The position numbers were made by a program, and so were the translations under genes. A stretch of DNA of 63,861 bases, the filler included, from Licmophora abbreviata (lineage: Eukaryota): NCBI GenBank assembly GCA_900291995.1. It is 16 parts of 16 records of this genome, joined end to end, with 100 filler letters (N's around TTAATTAATTAA, not from the genome) between each part and the next. Parts side by side here need not be neighbours in the genome. Positions count along the whole stretch, not along the records: positions 18,430 to 27,702 come from OLMU01001590.1; positions 27,803 to 40,233 come from OLMU01001591.1; 14 more parts are not named here. One strand, 5' to 3'. The notes beneath the pieces were generated by a model. The model searched no databases. It saw only the letters and a list, made by a program, of their open reading frames with translations, and was not told the origin of the DNA. This document shows positions 22,516-34,206 of the stretch, one piece after another; position 1 is the stretch's first letter; each line of letters begins with the position of its first letter.

Positions 22516-25500
22516 TTATGAGCTACGACTAGTCTTTGCTTGTTGCACCCGGTCCTCATTTTTCTTGTGGATAATCCATCGGCCGACTGCTTTCAGTATT
22601 TCGTCGACGAGCAGAATGGGGAAAGCGTACACAAGCACAGTTATCCAGTTATCAACGGACAACGGAACCTGGAGGAAGAAATAGAAGGCGAGTGAGCGCG
22701 GCAAGGGGATAGCAGAGCACGTTTGTAGGGAGGCATATCCTTACCATTCCAAAACTCTCGCCGAGAATCGGCAGTCCGAGGCTGGAGCTGTACAGAACTC
22801 CCAGATGAAGCAAGAAAGGGGCCGCCACCCCCAAGAGCAGCCAGGGGTTACTCTGTGGTCCTACCTGGAGCAGGGAGTTGTCCAACGAAACCGCCGAGAG
22901 AGCCTTGAGCATCTCCATACAAACCAAAGTCGTCAGCGCAAGCGTTTGTGGAAGCATTCTCCCCGACCCCTGAAAGAGTTCGGTGCACATCTCCGCACCA
23001 CCTTCTGGTGTCCAAAAAACCCCGCATTTGCTCCAACTCGCCAGTTCGGATACTGACACACCGAGATCGACGTAGTGACCGACAAAAACCCCGACGGTAG
23101 CAAGTCCAACGTAGAGGCCAGTCAAACAGTATCGTGTAAGCAGCCATTTCGTCAAAATTGGTTCGTCGCTCGGTCTCGGCTTTTCTGTCATGAGATCTGG
23201 GGAAGGAGGATTGAACCCAAGTGCCGTCGCAGGAGGACCGTCGGTAACGAGATTTACCCACAGCAGATGCATCGCCGTGAGCGGCTCGGGGAAGCCTGCA
23301 ATGGTCGCAAACAAGATGGTCCAAATCTCTCCAATGTTGCAACTGATCAGAAAGCAAATGAAAGACTGCATATTTGCATAAATTCGTCTGCCCTCTTCAA
23401 CAGCAGCGACAATGGTGGAGAAGTTGTCGTCGGCTAAGATCATATCGGCGGCTTCCTTCGAGACTTCCGTGCCCGTGACGCCCATTGCGACCCCGATTGC
23501 GGCCTGCTGGAGGGCAGGTGCATCATTGACCCCGTCGCCAGTCATCGCTGCTATCTCCTTCTGACTTTGAAGCATCTTTACTAGCTTTTGTTTGTCCGCA
23601 GGTTCTGCCCGACAGAAAACTATGTTGTCTTTCTTGAGTATCTCCAGTTGTTCGAACTCGGGTTTCCGGAAGAACTCTCGGCCTTCAAACGCTTTTAGTA
23701 CTTCTCCGTCGAGTTTCGGTGGGAATATGTTGACTTCTCGAGCAATTGCCACGGCTGTATCCTTAGCATCGCCCGTAATCATAAGCACACGGATTCCTGC
23801 TGCCGTGCACTCATTGATACTAGCTGCAACCTCCGGTCTCGCTGGGTCTTTGATCCCAACGATGCCAACCAACGTCAATCCACTTTCGATATCTTCGTAG
23901 GTCGATGGATCTGACAGAAGCGGATGATGCGTGACATCACCGTTTTCGCCGGGGACAAAGTCCTGGAGACTGGTTTCAAGCTGTTCTTTTTCCTTCACGG
24001 CAAGCGCCAAGCATCGGAGGGGGCGCATTGCCAACTCGGTCGTCTTGGCTTCAATTTGGCGTCGAAGTTCACCGGTTAGCTTGGCAACAGTGCCATCACG
24101 AAATTTCAGGTTTGTACAACGAGCGATCAGCAAGTTCGGTGCGCCTTTCACTAGTAATCGATTGCCAGCCTTACGAGATCCAATGGAGTGATAGTCTGAA
24201 GAAGATGGATATTCAGCCTCTGGATAGTCGCAGAGGACTGACATCGACTTTCGGTTGCGGTTGAACTCAAGAGTTGCCTGTCGAGGATGAAGCTTTCGCC
24301 ATCCTTTTACATTCGCATTCGCTAACACACTTGGGGGAACGGCGAAATGAAGACCACTGCGATCGAGATGCTGACCTCCCTCCAAATAGTGCGACATGCC
24401 ACCTAGTTTTTCTGACAAGACACAAAGTGCGGCCTCCGTCGGTTCACCTACGCGCACGAATGCCTTTTCAACAGCGTTGACCTGTTTGTTTATCTTGTCT
24501 TCCTGCAGGTGTCCAACCGTTTTCCCCGTTTCATCGACAATATCCTCGTCGAAGAAACCATCCAGGTTCGAGTCGTTCCCGACAATACTCGCGTCGTTAC
24601 ACAGCGAAGCGACAGCAGCTACATCCGCAACAGAGCCCAGTGGCGACTGCCTGACTTCCTCGTTTGCTGAAATTCCATCCACTACCCCAAACGGGGAGTA
24701 GGAGAAGCCCTCTATAGCATGCTCAGTAACGACACTTCCTCCGACCTTATCATGTTCAAACAACACGACGCTGACCGCCGTCATTTCATTGGTTGTGAGC
24801 GTCCCTGTCTTATCGGTGCAGATCACACTGGTACACCCAAGTGTTTCGACACTGGGTAGCTTTCGTACGATAACGTTGCGCTGCGCCATACGACGAGTCC
24901 CCAAGCTCAAACAGAGTGTTATCACAGCAGGCAGCCCTTCCGGAATGGCAGCGACTCCTAAAGCCACCGCGACTTTGGCATAGTATACGGCTCCTTCCAA
25001 CGATGACGAGAAAGACGGATCATTCATTTTCGGTATCGACACAGCCCAAACCAAAAGACAAATGGCTCCAATAATGTAAGTAAGAGTTTCTCCAAACTCA
25101 TCGAGTTTAATAGCCAACGGAGTCTTGGGCTGTTCCTCTTTGGCCTCTGTTACTCCTTGTTGTATCTAAATTAATTTGCGCAAACACATGCGAGTCACGA
25201 TGTGAGCGAGCCTCGCGCTGGACGATAGGGGAATTTTCATTTCCTGCAATCTTACCTTTCCAAACTGCGTCGACATTCCCGTCTGGACGACCACAGCTCT
25301 TCCTGTCCCGCTCGTTATCATTGTGCCACTATACAGCATACCCCGCTGATCCTGGACAGGACTATCGGGTGCAGATCTACCTTCATCGCCCGGCAGCTTG
25401 CTTACGGTCGCACTTTCACCCGTCAGACTCCCCTCTTCAGCTTGCATCGAACTACTCTGCAATTGCAGCAACCTGGCATCGGCAGGGATCTTGTCTCCGA

Positions 25501-26278
25501 CTCGTACTTCCAGCACATCGCCCGGTACCAACGTGCTCGCGTCTAGTCCACTCTTCCACGCGCCATCTCGTAGCGCGGTAGCAAGAGTCGGCTGCATCTT
25601 CTGCAATGCTTCCAGACTGCCCAGGGCTGATTTGGACTGAACCACACCAACAGTCGCATTCAAGACCAAAATGGTCAAAATGACAAACGGTTCGATGAAG
25701 GACTTCCACAACGATACTTCGGCAGCTGCCTGTCTTACTTCCATGTACGAAAAAACACCCGAGAGCACCGCCACCACCAACAAAATCTGCACCAGTCGAT
25801 CCTCAAACTGTTCGGCAATCAGTTGCCATGTTGACTTTCCGGGAGGCTTTTCAAGAGCATTCGGTCCATAGTATTGTAGTCGGGCTTCAACGTCGTGTGA
25901 AGTCAAGCCCTCTGGTTGACTTTCGAGTTCAGACCACAGTTCGTCGACGCTCATACATCCAGGATCGTTCGACGTCATGTTGTATCGAAACGTGGCGTTC
26001 TCACTGCGGATACTAGTCGAAACAGCAGCAACAGCAGTAGAAGTAGAAAGATCTTGAGCTCCTTGTGATGGAGCCCTGAACGCACTTCCACCTCCTCCTC
26101 GCAGTCGATTCCATCGTGAGGGTTTAAAATTAGCTAGTAGTGGTAGTACGCTCCTGCTCCCATGATGGCGGGGTATTACTTGAACAAAGGATGCAGTTGC
26201 TGGGTATTCATTATTTCGTGCGCTTCCGGAAACAAAGGAGAGCGAAACGAACACGTTTCGGAGCATCCAGGATTTCAT
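22516..26278 (-). CDS. P-type IIA (SERCA-like) Ca2+-ATPase with N-terminal presequence (3 exons)
   Basis: LTGES, IPEGLP, DKTGTLT, KGAP, MITGD, TGDGVNDAPAL and WVNLVTDG. Introns 25166-25255 and 22669-22744. Confidence 0.95.
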
Positions 26279-27641
26279 ACTGTAGGGAACTGTTGAGCAA
26301 AACTTCCGTCACGATAGAGATCCCATCATCATTGTCGAAACCATGGTTGTTATTGTATTGATGGCCGAAAGATCGAAAGATCCTTTTTGCGTTGCGAGTT
26401 GCGAACTCCACGCGTCGTTTCAATTTTTCGCTTCGAGCTCGTTTTGAATGTTTCGCCGCAAGTACCTCGACTTGAACTTTTGGGTTGGTCAGTGACACTT
26501 GGTGTCGGGTAGAGTTGTCACGTAGGATTCTACGTGAAAATTGCAATTTCGCCAGTATAGGTTGCGTGTCAAGCTGCCATTCGGTTCGTCGCTCCTATCT
26601 TCTTCGCTTTGCATAATCAGAGAGTGAGTTGTTGTTTTTGTTTTTGTTGTTGTCACGTACCCTCGGCTTTAGAAAACACGTGCCAGTATCAGAAACATGT
26701 TTCAAACCGGAGGACTGATTCGCGACAGCCGCGACTTTCATCGTTGGGAAAAGTGTCATCATATTCTCAAGGCACCAACAACAAGAACAACAAGTTCCGT
26801 AGTGACGACGAGCGACATCAGTCATGATGCTTCCAAGAAGCCATCCCAACCATCAGCGCAACAAAAAGCTTCACCGGCGTATTACTGTTGTCAGGTAGAG
26901 AGAAGAATGTGCATACGATACACGTGGTTGCATCTTGAGAGGACAGTCTTGGCAGAAAATCGCGAGTGCGTGCCGTTGCAACCGAACCACCATTATTTCA
27001 TCCACCGGAAATGGAAGACATGTACATTTGACAGACGAAATCTATTATCATACTTGCTACTCTAAGCAATAGACTGCATTGAATCATTACGAGAGTAAAT
27101 TCTAGAATCTTCGCCCGAGGCGTTGCGAATCTTTCGGGCGATCCGCTTTATCTTCGTTTCCACAGCTGCAGACTTTGGTCCTGGGCACTACCGAGGGTGT
27201 GCCCGCGCTATTGCCAGAGCACTTCGTACTGGTATCATCTATGAAGCGCTGTGGATCTTGATCTTTTCGCCATCAGCTCAGTGGTCGTCGTTGTCGCGTC
27301 TCGCAGCAAGTACACAGACACAGCCGTTGAGATTTTTGGCGGGAAAGCTGGATACCTTTTTGCAAGACACACCCGCGGACAAGCGGTCACAACAAGGAAG
27401 TGATTCATTCAGTCCGCTCGTCGTACGAAACGGGACTCGCAGAAATTTTGTGGAATCGTCGCTTTCCGTAGAAAATATACCAGCGTGAACGTATCGTGTG
27501 TAGTCGTGATTTTTCGATGCAAACTTTAAAGTCAAGCATGTCAACGCACACACCGCATTTCACTCTACTTCAATACAACTACTACTTGCGCGAGACGAGA
27601 AGCTTACCAATACTGTCCCACACTCTGATAGTTGAGCAATC

Positions 27642-28478
27642 ATGTCCAGATCTGCAACACACCAAAACCAAGGAGGGGGAATCTTGTGGTCTTGCATAAG
27701 CCNNNNNNNNNNNNNNNNNNNNNNNNNNNNNNNNNNNNNNNNNNNNTTAATTAATTAANNNNNNNNNNNNNNNNNNNNNNNNNNNNNNNNNNNNNNNNNN
27801 NNGTCTTGCATAAGCCGCAATTCCACAATTGTGGTGGAAGCCGGCGAAGACCTGCTTGGAGGTGGCGTCGCCAAGCTGGCTCAGACTTTGATGCAGAAGA
27901 AGCCCACCGCGGGATGGGAATATGTGCGGGGACCGCGATTGTCACAGCACAAACTCAAGGGAATCAAGTTTCACGTATACGACAGCGACGACTTCTCGGA
28001 CAACGTGCTTGTGTGGCAATTCTGTTGTGTCTACGACGAAAAGTCGGTCGAACGCGTGCAGGCGCAGAGCTTTCTAGAGAAGCTTGTAATTCTGACCCAG
28101 CAGCTCCGCGACGAAGACTTTGAATGGCGACAGGGAAATGTCCTTGCCGGTCAGCAGAACTTTGCTCCGATTCTACTTCAACGCATGCAGGAGGTATCGT
28201 ACTATGGCAAGATGGCCATGGTTGAAAATCGGGTGGAGTCTTGTCGACAAGTCATGGAGCAGAATATCGACATGCTGATGGAACGAGAGGAGAAATTGGA
28301 CAAGCTGGATCAAGAAGCGAAGGAAATGAATGAAATTGCGCAGCACTTTCGAAAGGGTGCCCGACGCGTCAGAAGATTCAAAATGTGGCAGAACGCCAAA
28401 CATGGTGTCATGGTTGGGACGGCTGTCACGGCAGGGGTCGCTCTTGTCGTGGTCCCTCCGTTGATTGCTCTTTTGTAA
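27642..28478 (+). CDS. Longin R-SNARE (VAMP7-like); the internal gap can be closed
   Basis: SNARE motif VMEQNIDMLMEREEKLDKL..F..GARRVRRFKMWQN plus C-terminal TM. GTCTTGCATAAGCC is duplicated on both sides of the linker, giving MSRSATHQNQGGGILWSCISRNSTIVVE. Confidence 0.85.
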
Positions 28479-28681
28479 GATACCGTTAGGGGAAGATACT
28501 GCCCAGGGGATGGGTGATTAGATATCACTATGTAGATCTGGATTTCTCTATAAGCAAGTTTGTTCTGTTTCACTGTAATTGTGATCGCTCCATCGTGTGT
28601 GGCCAAGCTGTAACGTCTTTCTAGTAGCTGTCGATTCCACGCTACAACACATGTACTATGCACTTCTCCAACTAGCTGACT

Positions 28682-29771
28682 TCAAACGGCAAAGGGAATA
28701 ATCGACGACTTGACACTCTTGTTCCATTCGTCAAACTTCTCCTGACCAGCGTACCTGTCGGACTGTTTCTTGTCCAACCGCTTAGCGGCACCCATCATGA
28801 GACTCACAATACCATACACTCCAAGAGACGAGCACAACCAAGCTGGAATGTCCTTTTTGAAGGAGGGTGCACCACCGACAAAGACGCCAATCCAATACAG
28901 GATTTCGCCCAAGTAATTCGGATGACGACACACTTGGTAGACTCCACCAGTTGGACCGACAAATTTGTCTTCGTCGTCTTTCGACAACGCCTTCATCTTG
29001 TTGCGGAGTTTGTGACCATCGGCAACGGCTTCCAACAGAGCACCAAACCAAGCAAGGCCGGCACCGCCATACGCAACTTTCTTCATCCAGTCGGCACTGA
29101 CGGCAGGCGCGCCCAACGCATACATGGCTGGAGTCGTCATAAAGCTGTAGAAGAGCGAAACGGCCAAAGCAAAGGGAATACGTTGCAAACGATTCTTGTC
29201 ACTGTCCTTTTCGTCGCCTTCCTTCATAAGTTTGTTAATTTTGGAACTCACTTGCTGACGTACGAAAAGATACGATGCTAGACGCAGCCCGTAGAACATG
29301 ACTGCCCCAAGCAAGAGAAACTGAGGCTCCTTCCAAAGAATTTCGCCTTGTTTCATGTGACTCAACAACAAGGACAAGCCCATACCGAAGATGCTCAATC
29401 CATAACCGACCGAGAAACTCCACGTGCGGCGGTACAGCGTAAGGGGCACGACAATGGCACTGGCGACACCTGACAGTGTCGCAATGGCCAGACCACCGGG
29501 CACTTGAAGGTTTGAAGTGACGGTGGCAAGAAGTTCGGATGCGCCTCCTCGGAGATCCGATAGAGCAGTGGAAGAAGGCGACGGCATGCTAGTGTCGAAC
29601 TTCGGAATGAGAAGGGCAGAGGAGGTCGGCTGGTAATGATGGTGATTGACACGGCGGCTGGGGGAAACTGTTTCTATTGCTTGGAGCAGGCAGCGCAGAA
29701 GTACGTTCGACAAAGGCAAGGCTAGGACAGACGCACAAGAGCACAAGGAGGCTTCGCAAGGAGGTAAACAT
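28682..29771 (-). CDS. DUF1295 / steroid 5-alpha-reductase-like membrane protein with bipartite leader; frameshift near 29660
   Basis: FSVGYG, YGLRLASYLFVR, EAVADGHK and CRHPNYLGE. Leader MFTSLRSLLVLLCVCPSLA-FV is in the adjacent frame and joins on removing one C from a 5-C run. Confidence 0.82.
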
Positions 29772-29973
29772 GGCTGCTTGTCTCGCACAGGAAAAATATG
29801 AACGAGCACACGGATCTTTGACATCATACACATCACACACAGAGAAGATCGAATCGCATCGCGTCAGTCAAAATTGGAAACGCTCGAGTTTCGTGCTGGT
29901 GCGGCGCGCGCTTTTTTGGAATCAGTCGAATCCTTCTTTGACACCACAATCTTTGGTTCCTGCGAACACTTCC

Positions 29974-31086
29974 ATGTTGTTCATGCTGCGGCGACGCCTT
30001 GTTCCCTTCCTTCTCGGCGCGTCGCACATCCCGCTCCTCCAAGGTTCTGCAAGACGAACCTTCACGATGGCTTCAGCAAGTAAGAGCGAAGAGTCGGACG
30101 AAATCAAGGGTTCCGCCTTCGGTATCTGTTACCTTCGAACGGTCTTGTCGCTCGTGCCGGACGAGGCAGAGAGTCTGCGATACGACACTCGGACGCCCAA
30201 CTTTGAGGGTGTCGCACTCAAGCAAGTGGAGGGTGATGACGAGCAGAAGTGGATGGCAGGTGGAGTAGAAGGAGCTCGACAGACAGCAAGCAATCTTCCT
30301 GACTTTCTCAGCAACATGGAACAGAAAATGAAAGTTACTTGGCGAGGTTTTGAGTTTAACGTGTGCCGGGCTCATTTCGTCGACAACCTTCTCAAAGAAT
30401 CAGTTGCGGAAGGATCTCCGATTCGCCAGATTGCCTTTTGTGGAATCGGGCAGGACTACCGCGGCATGAGATATGGAGAAGAAATTCAAAAGCATGGTGC
30501 CAAGGTCTTTGAACTTGATCTTCCCAACATGATGCGTGCTAGGGAGACAGTCAAGGAGGACATTCTCAAGGCAAACGACGGACTCATCCTCCCAGAGACG
30601 TATGCTCTTCCTATTGACTTTGGAAAGCAGCACGTCTCGGAGGTTCTTCTGGCCTGCCCAGCGTTTGACCCCAAAGTACCCACGCTATACCTGTGGGAAG
30701 GGGTGTCGTACTATCTAACTCCAGAGGCTATGAAGTCCTTCTTGCAAGACATTCACTCCTTGATGAGCAAGGCACCTCCGAGTGAGCGAGAGCACCATCG
30801 CATCTTCTTTGATCACTTGGTGGATCTCCCGGCTCTAGCAGAGAATGAAGGAGATGCCCCTGCCAAGGCCATGCTTGAAGCGTTTGCCAACTCGGAGCCT
30901 CTACAGGCCTTTCTGGACTACGATCAAGTTGGGTCCTACTTGTCGCCGCTCGGATTTGTCATTCATCAACAGCTTTGTCCTCCCGAAATGTACAAGCCGT
31001 ACCAGATGGCTGCCAACGAGGGATTCCGCATGCAGCCTTCCAAGTACTTTGGCATTGTCGTCGCCAAGTACGCCAATAGCATGTAG
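29974..31086 (+). CDS. SAM-dependent methyltransferase, leucine carboxyl methyltransferase (LCM) family, probable mitochondrial presequence
   Basis: RAHFVD, QIAFCGIGQDYR, VFELDLP, IDF and PTLYLWEGVSYYL. Arg-rich N-terminus. Confidence 0.82.
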   Translation: MLFMLRRRLVPFLLGASHIPLLQGSARRTFTMASASKSEESDEIKGSAFGICYLRTVLSLVPDEAESLRYDTRTPNFEGVALKQVEGDDEQKWMAGGVEGARQTASNLPDFLSNMEQKMKVTWRGFEFNVCRAHFVDNLLKESVAEGSPIRQIAFCGIGQDYRGMRYGEEIQKHGAKVFELDLPNMMRARETVKEDILKANDGLILPETYALPIDFGKQHVSEVLLACPAFDPKVPTLYLWEGVSYYLTPEAMKSFLQDIHSLMSKAPPSEREHHRIFFDHLVDLPALAENEGDAPAKAMLEAFANSEPLQAFLDYDQVGSYLSPLGFVIHQQLCPPEMYKPYQMAANEGFRMQPSKYFGIVVAKYANSM

Positions 31087-31306
31087 CCACTCCATCTATA
31101 CATGCTAAATGAGAGCGTTGCTCTTTTCTTTCAATTTGACGCTCTTAGTATTGTAGGGCTTGGACACCGGTAGACCACTCTAGCTAGAGGTTTCATTGTT
31201 ACGGTAGAACAGATCTAGGTTGGATTTTGCGTCTGTCCCTCTGTGGTCTCTTGCGCGAAGAGAGACACACAGCATCATTCTCGCGCAAAACCTCTGCGTT
31301 GGAACC

Positions 31307-31761
31307 ATGGCTGTTTCGTTGTTCGTGTATGGTACGCTCATGTCCCCGCAAGTCGTGCGCGTCCTGCTGGGCAGAGTGCCGTCCATGGTGGAACCCGCTG
31401 TGGTGTCTGGCTACTGCCGGTATCCTGTACGCGACCGAGTCTATCCAGGCTTGATTCCTTCTTCGGCAAGCGAAACGACCGGTGTACTCTGGAAGGGCTC
31501 GAACACCACGAGTTGGAAGTATTGGATTGGTTTGAAAGTGACGACTACGAGAAGAAATTTGTTGAAGCTCGAGTTACCGATGGGCAGCGAAAAGTGCAGG
31601 CATATATATGGAGCAGGCCGCCACCGGAAACACTTGACTTGGAGAAGGAATGGGACTTTTCCGGCTTCTGCGAGACTCAATTGGACTGGTACCTTACGAG
31701 TACAGTTCGGTCATGTCGACAGGAAATGGATGAGCTCGGTATTGGGCGCAGACGGAAGTAG
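31307..31761 (+). CDS. Gamma-glutamylcyclotransferase (AIG2-like); frameshift near 31495
   Basis: LFVYGTLM..YPGL..GVL in one frame and ELEVLDWFE..YE..AYIW..WDF in the other. One base is missing. Confidence 0.85.
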
Positions 31762-31906
31762 AATGAGCAGTTCCCGTCTTTCCCACGAAGACACAGGACA
31801 TTTCATATCACCAAATTTCAGTTCACAATTTACTACAACTTGCGGCCACAAGATCCTCTAACAACGGCGCTGTCTTCCCTCTATGAACGCACCGCCTACC
31901 TCCGTC

Positions 31907-32287
31907 TTATCTCTTCTTTCCCTTCGCCAACCCAGCGTTCAGCAAGTCGTCGAGCGAATCATTCTTCGTCTCTTTCTTCTTTCGGCGCACCGGTCCACTG
32001 CCGGCATCGTCGGACTTTTTCTCTTCCTCCGCCTTGGAAGCCTGTTTCTTGGCGATCTTGGCCTCCAGAGCTGCCTTGTCGTTCAAGTTTCGCTGTTCAG
32101 GTTTGCCATCCTGTCAAGAGCAAGTTGAACACAAAAGCGCGACTGCATCGTTAGGACAGAATCGAGCATCGTCGTAGAGTCAAGTATGTTTTCTACGGGC
32201 GATTACCTTTTTAGTGCTCTTGAGTTTCGCCTGCTGTTTTGCTTGGGTCTTCTGTCGATCTCGATCTCGCTGGTCTCCACGGGACAT
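31907..32287 (-). CDS. SERF/4F5-like small EDRK-rich factor (2 exons; absent from ORF track)
   Basis: MSRGDQRDRDRQKTQAKQ.., intron 32111-32206, then DGKPEQRNLNDKAALEAKIAKK..LDDLLNAGLAKGKKR*. Confidence 0.8.
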
Positions 32288-32735
32288 CTTAAGGTCGTGA
32301 ACAACTATAAGTGCACGCAAATGGTTTGGATAGACCTCTTTCTTCGGAGAAAATGGCGGACGCCGCTAGCAACACATCAGATCCACGCATCACATGCGGG
32401 ACACGAGTTTTAAGGACGCCGCGTTTCTGATTCCCGATTCCAAGAGAGTACGACTGATTGATTCATTCTGTCCCACGGCATAAAAAACCCCGACAGAAGA
32501 AAGTAAATGGATCATCCGACTTTTTGTGAAGCATGTTTGGGAAGAGGATAGGCATCAAGACTGGAATCACGATGAGAGGGAGCACTACTACTAGTATGCA
32601 GTTGCATATCTCAAATAGCCAGTACTATGATACGGCTAAGTGTCGATAATTCAGTATGATAATCTTTGACAATGACTACACGAACGAACTTCTTTCAGTT
32701 CGGAGCACCATCGAGAGATGCTCCGTACAAGCAAT

Positions 32736-33278
32736 TTAATGTCGCCAGGTGCTTCGCTCCGTACGGTGAGCCTGGGCGTTGTCTTCGTCCTTGTCCTCGG
32801 TAACAATCTTGTCCAACGTCTGCACGGTACCCGCTCCGACCTGCTCAACCTTTTGAAGTTCAGCGGCTAGCTCGGCATCAGCAATCTCCTGGGGCAGCAA
32901 CTCCTTGCTATTGATCGAGTGCTTAATAGGAGCACTGAACTCTCCTCCACTTCCGGATCCGGACACGTAAGCATTCTCTGTAGAGTAGCCAGCTGGGACG
33001 CTTAACATACCGTGGTCCTTATCGCGGATCGCGGCAAGCTTCGAGAAGGTCCCGGAACGAGCAGTTCGGTTTGTCTGAGACGCGACAGCAGCATCATGCC
33101 TCTTCTTGTGCGCATCGTAGACAGCGGCATTTTCTTGCTGCTGAAGGGCAATGGCGAGACGGTGATCGCGATCTTCCTGGGATAGGTTGGGGTCATCCAA
33201 GCTGACAGCGGGTCGCGCTCCGGCGCCGTCGCCCATCTGGACGTAGTCAGCTTCAGGGGTCTTGCTTTCTTCACTCAT
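32736..33278 (-). CDS. Hypothetical protein with two short helical motifs (D.RLA..LQ-like, possibly ubiquitin-binding)
   Basis: Coding-like ORF from MSEESK containing QEDRDHRLAIALQQQE and QEIADAELAAELQKVE. Confidence 0.65.
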   Translation of the reverse strand: MSEESKTPEADYVQMGDGAGARPAVSLDDPNLSQEDRDHRLAIALQQQENAAVYDAHKKRHDAAVASQTNRTARSGTFSKLAAIRDKDHGMLSVPAGYSTENAYVSGSGSGGEFSAPIKHSINSKELLPQEIADAELAAELQKVEQVGAGTVQTLDKIVTEDKDEDNAQAHRTERSTWRH

Positions 33279-34206
33279 GGTCGCTGCGTATGGATGTCCT
33301 AAAAAGTACAATGCAAAGGAAAAAAACGACGCTGTGAGATTTCGAGCATTGGCTGGTGGCATCTGAAGCGTCGGGTGTCGTATTTGGCGATATACAAGTA
33401 TCGGCTCATGAAGATATCATAGAGAAATGTCGGTGAAGTCAAGCCGACGTCGACCATGGGGAAGAAGACGGCATTCGGGAGACTCTGGATGAGAAAAGAG
33501 GGAGCTTTTGGAATAATCGGGTCATTGAGGAACCATAGAAGCCAGAATCGCAGCCGACACGTCCTTCGCCATCCAATTGAGACCAAAATCAGAACTGAAA
33601 CATCACGCATTAATGACACGGATGCCGCTCCCTTGGACTGCCATCACAAGCCACGAAATCATTTTTTATCCTTGTCATGCTAGCAGAGAAAGGGAAACAT
33701 CATGACGAGCGTGGATCGATCGACGAGAAAAACTGCTAGCCATGCATCAACAAGCAATGAACAGGAACGCTCACTCCTGATACTTGTGAGTCCCGCGTTT
33801 CCTTTGCTATCGGCTCTTCCTCTCGACAGTCCTACTCAGCGTATCCTTTTTCTTTGTGGCACTCCGTTGACTTTATTCCTCATTGAGCAGTGAAATGGAC
33901 ACAGAAAACTCGAGCTTCGTCCCGCAACACCGTCATGGTCTCACCTTTCACAAGAAAGAGTAATGCTGTGCAATCGATGCGAGCCGAGACGTCCAACGGA
34001 AGAAAGCGGTCGGCGCGCGGGCCGTACAATGACGCTATTTCTATATCCTCAATCTTGAATATGGAAATGATCCCAGTCCTCGGAGTCATTTTCGATAAAT
34101 ACTCCATGAAGATCGATGACCCTTCTAAAACCGCGGTCACTTTTTGCGACTTTTTCGCCTTTCGCCTCAGAACCAAGCTTGTGGGCCACAAAGGTATACA
34201 ATCAGC

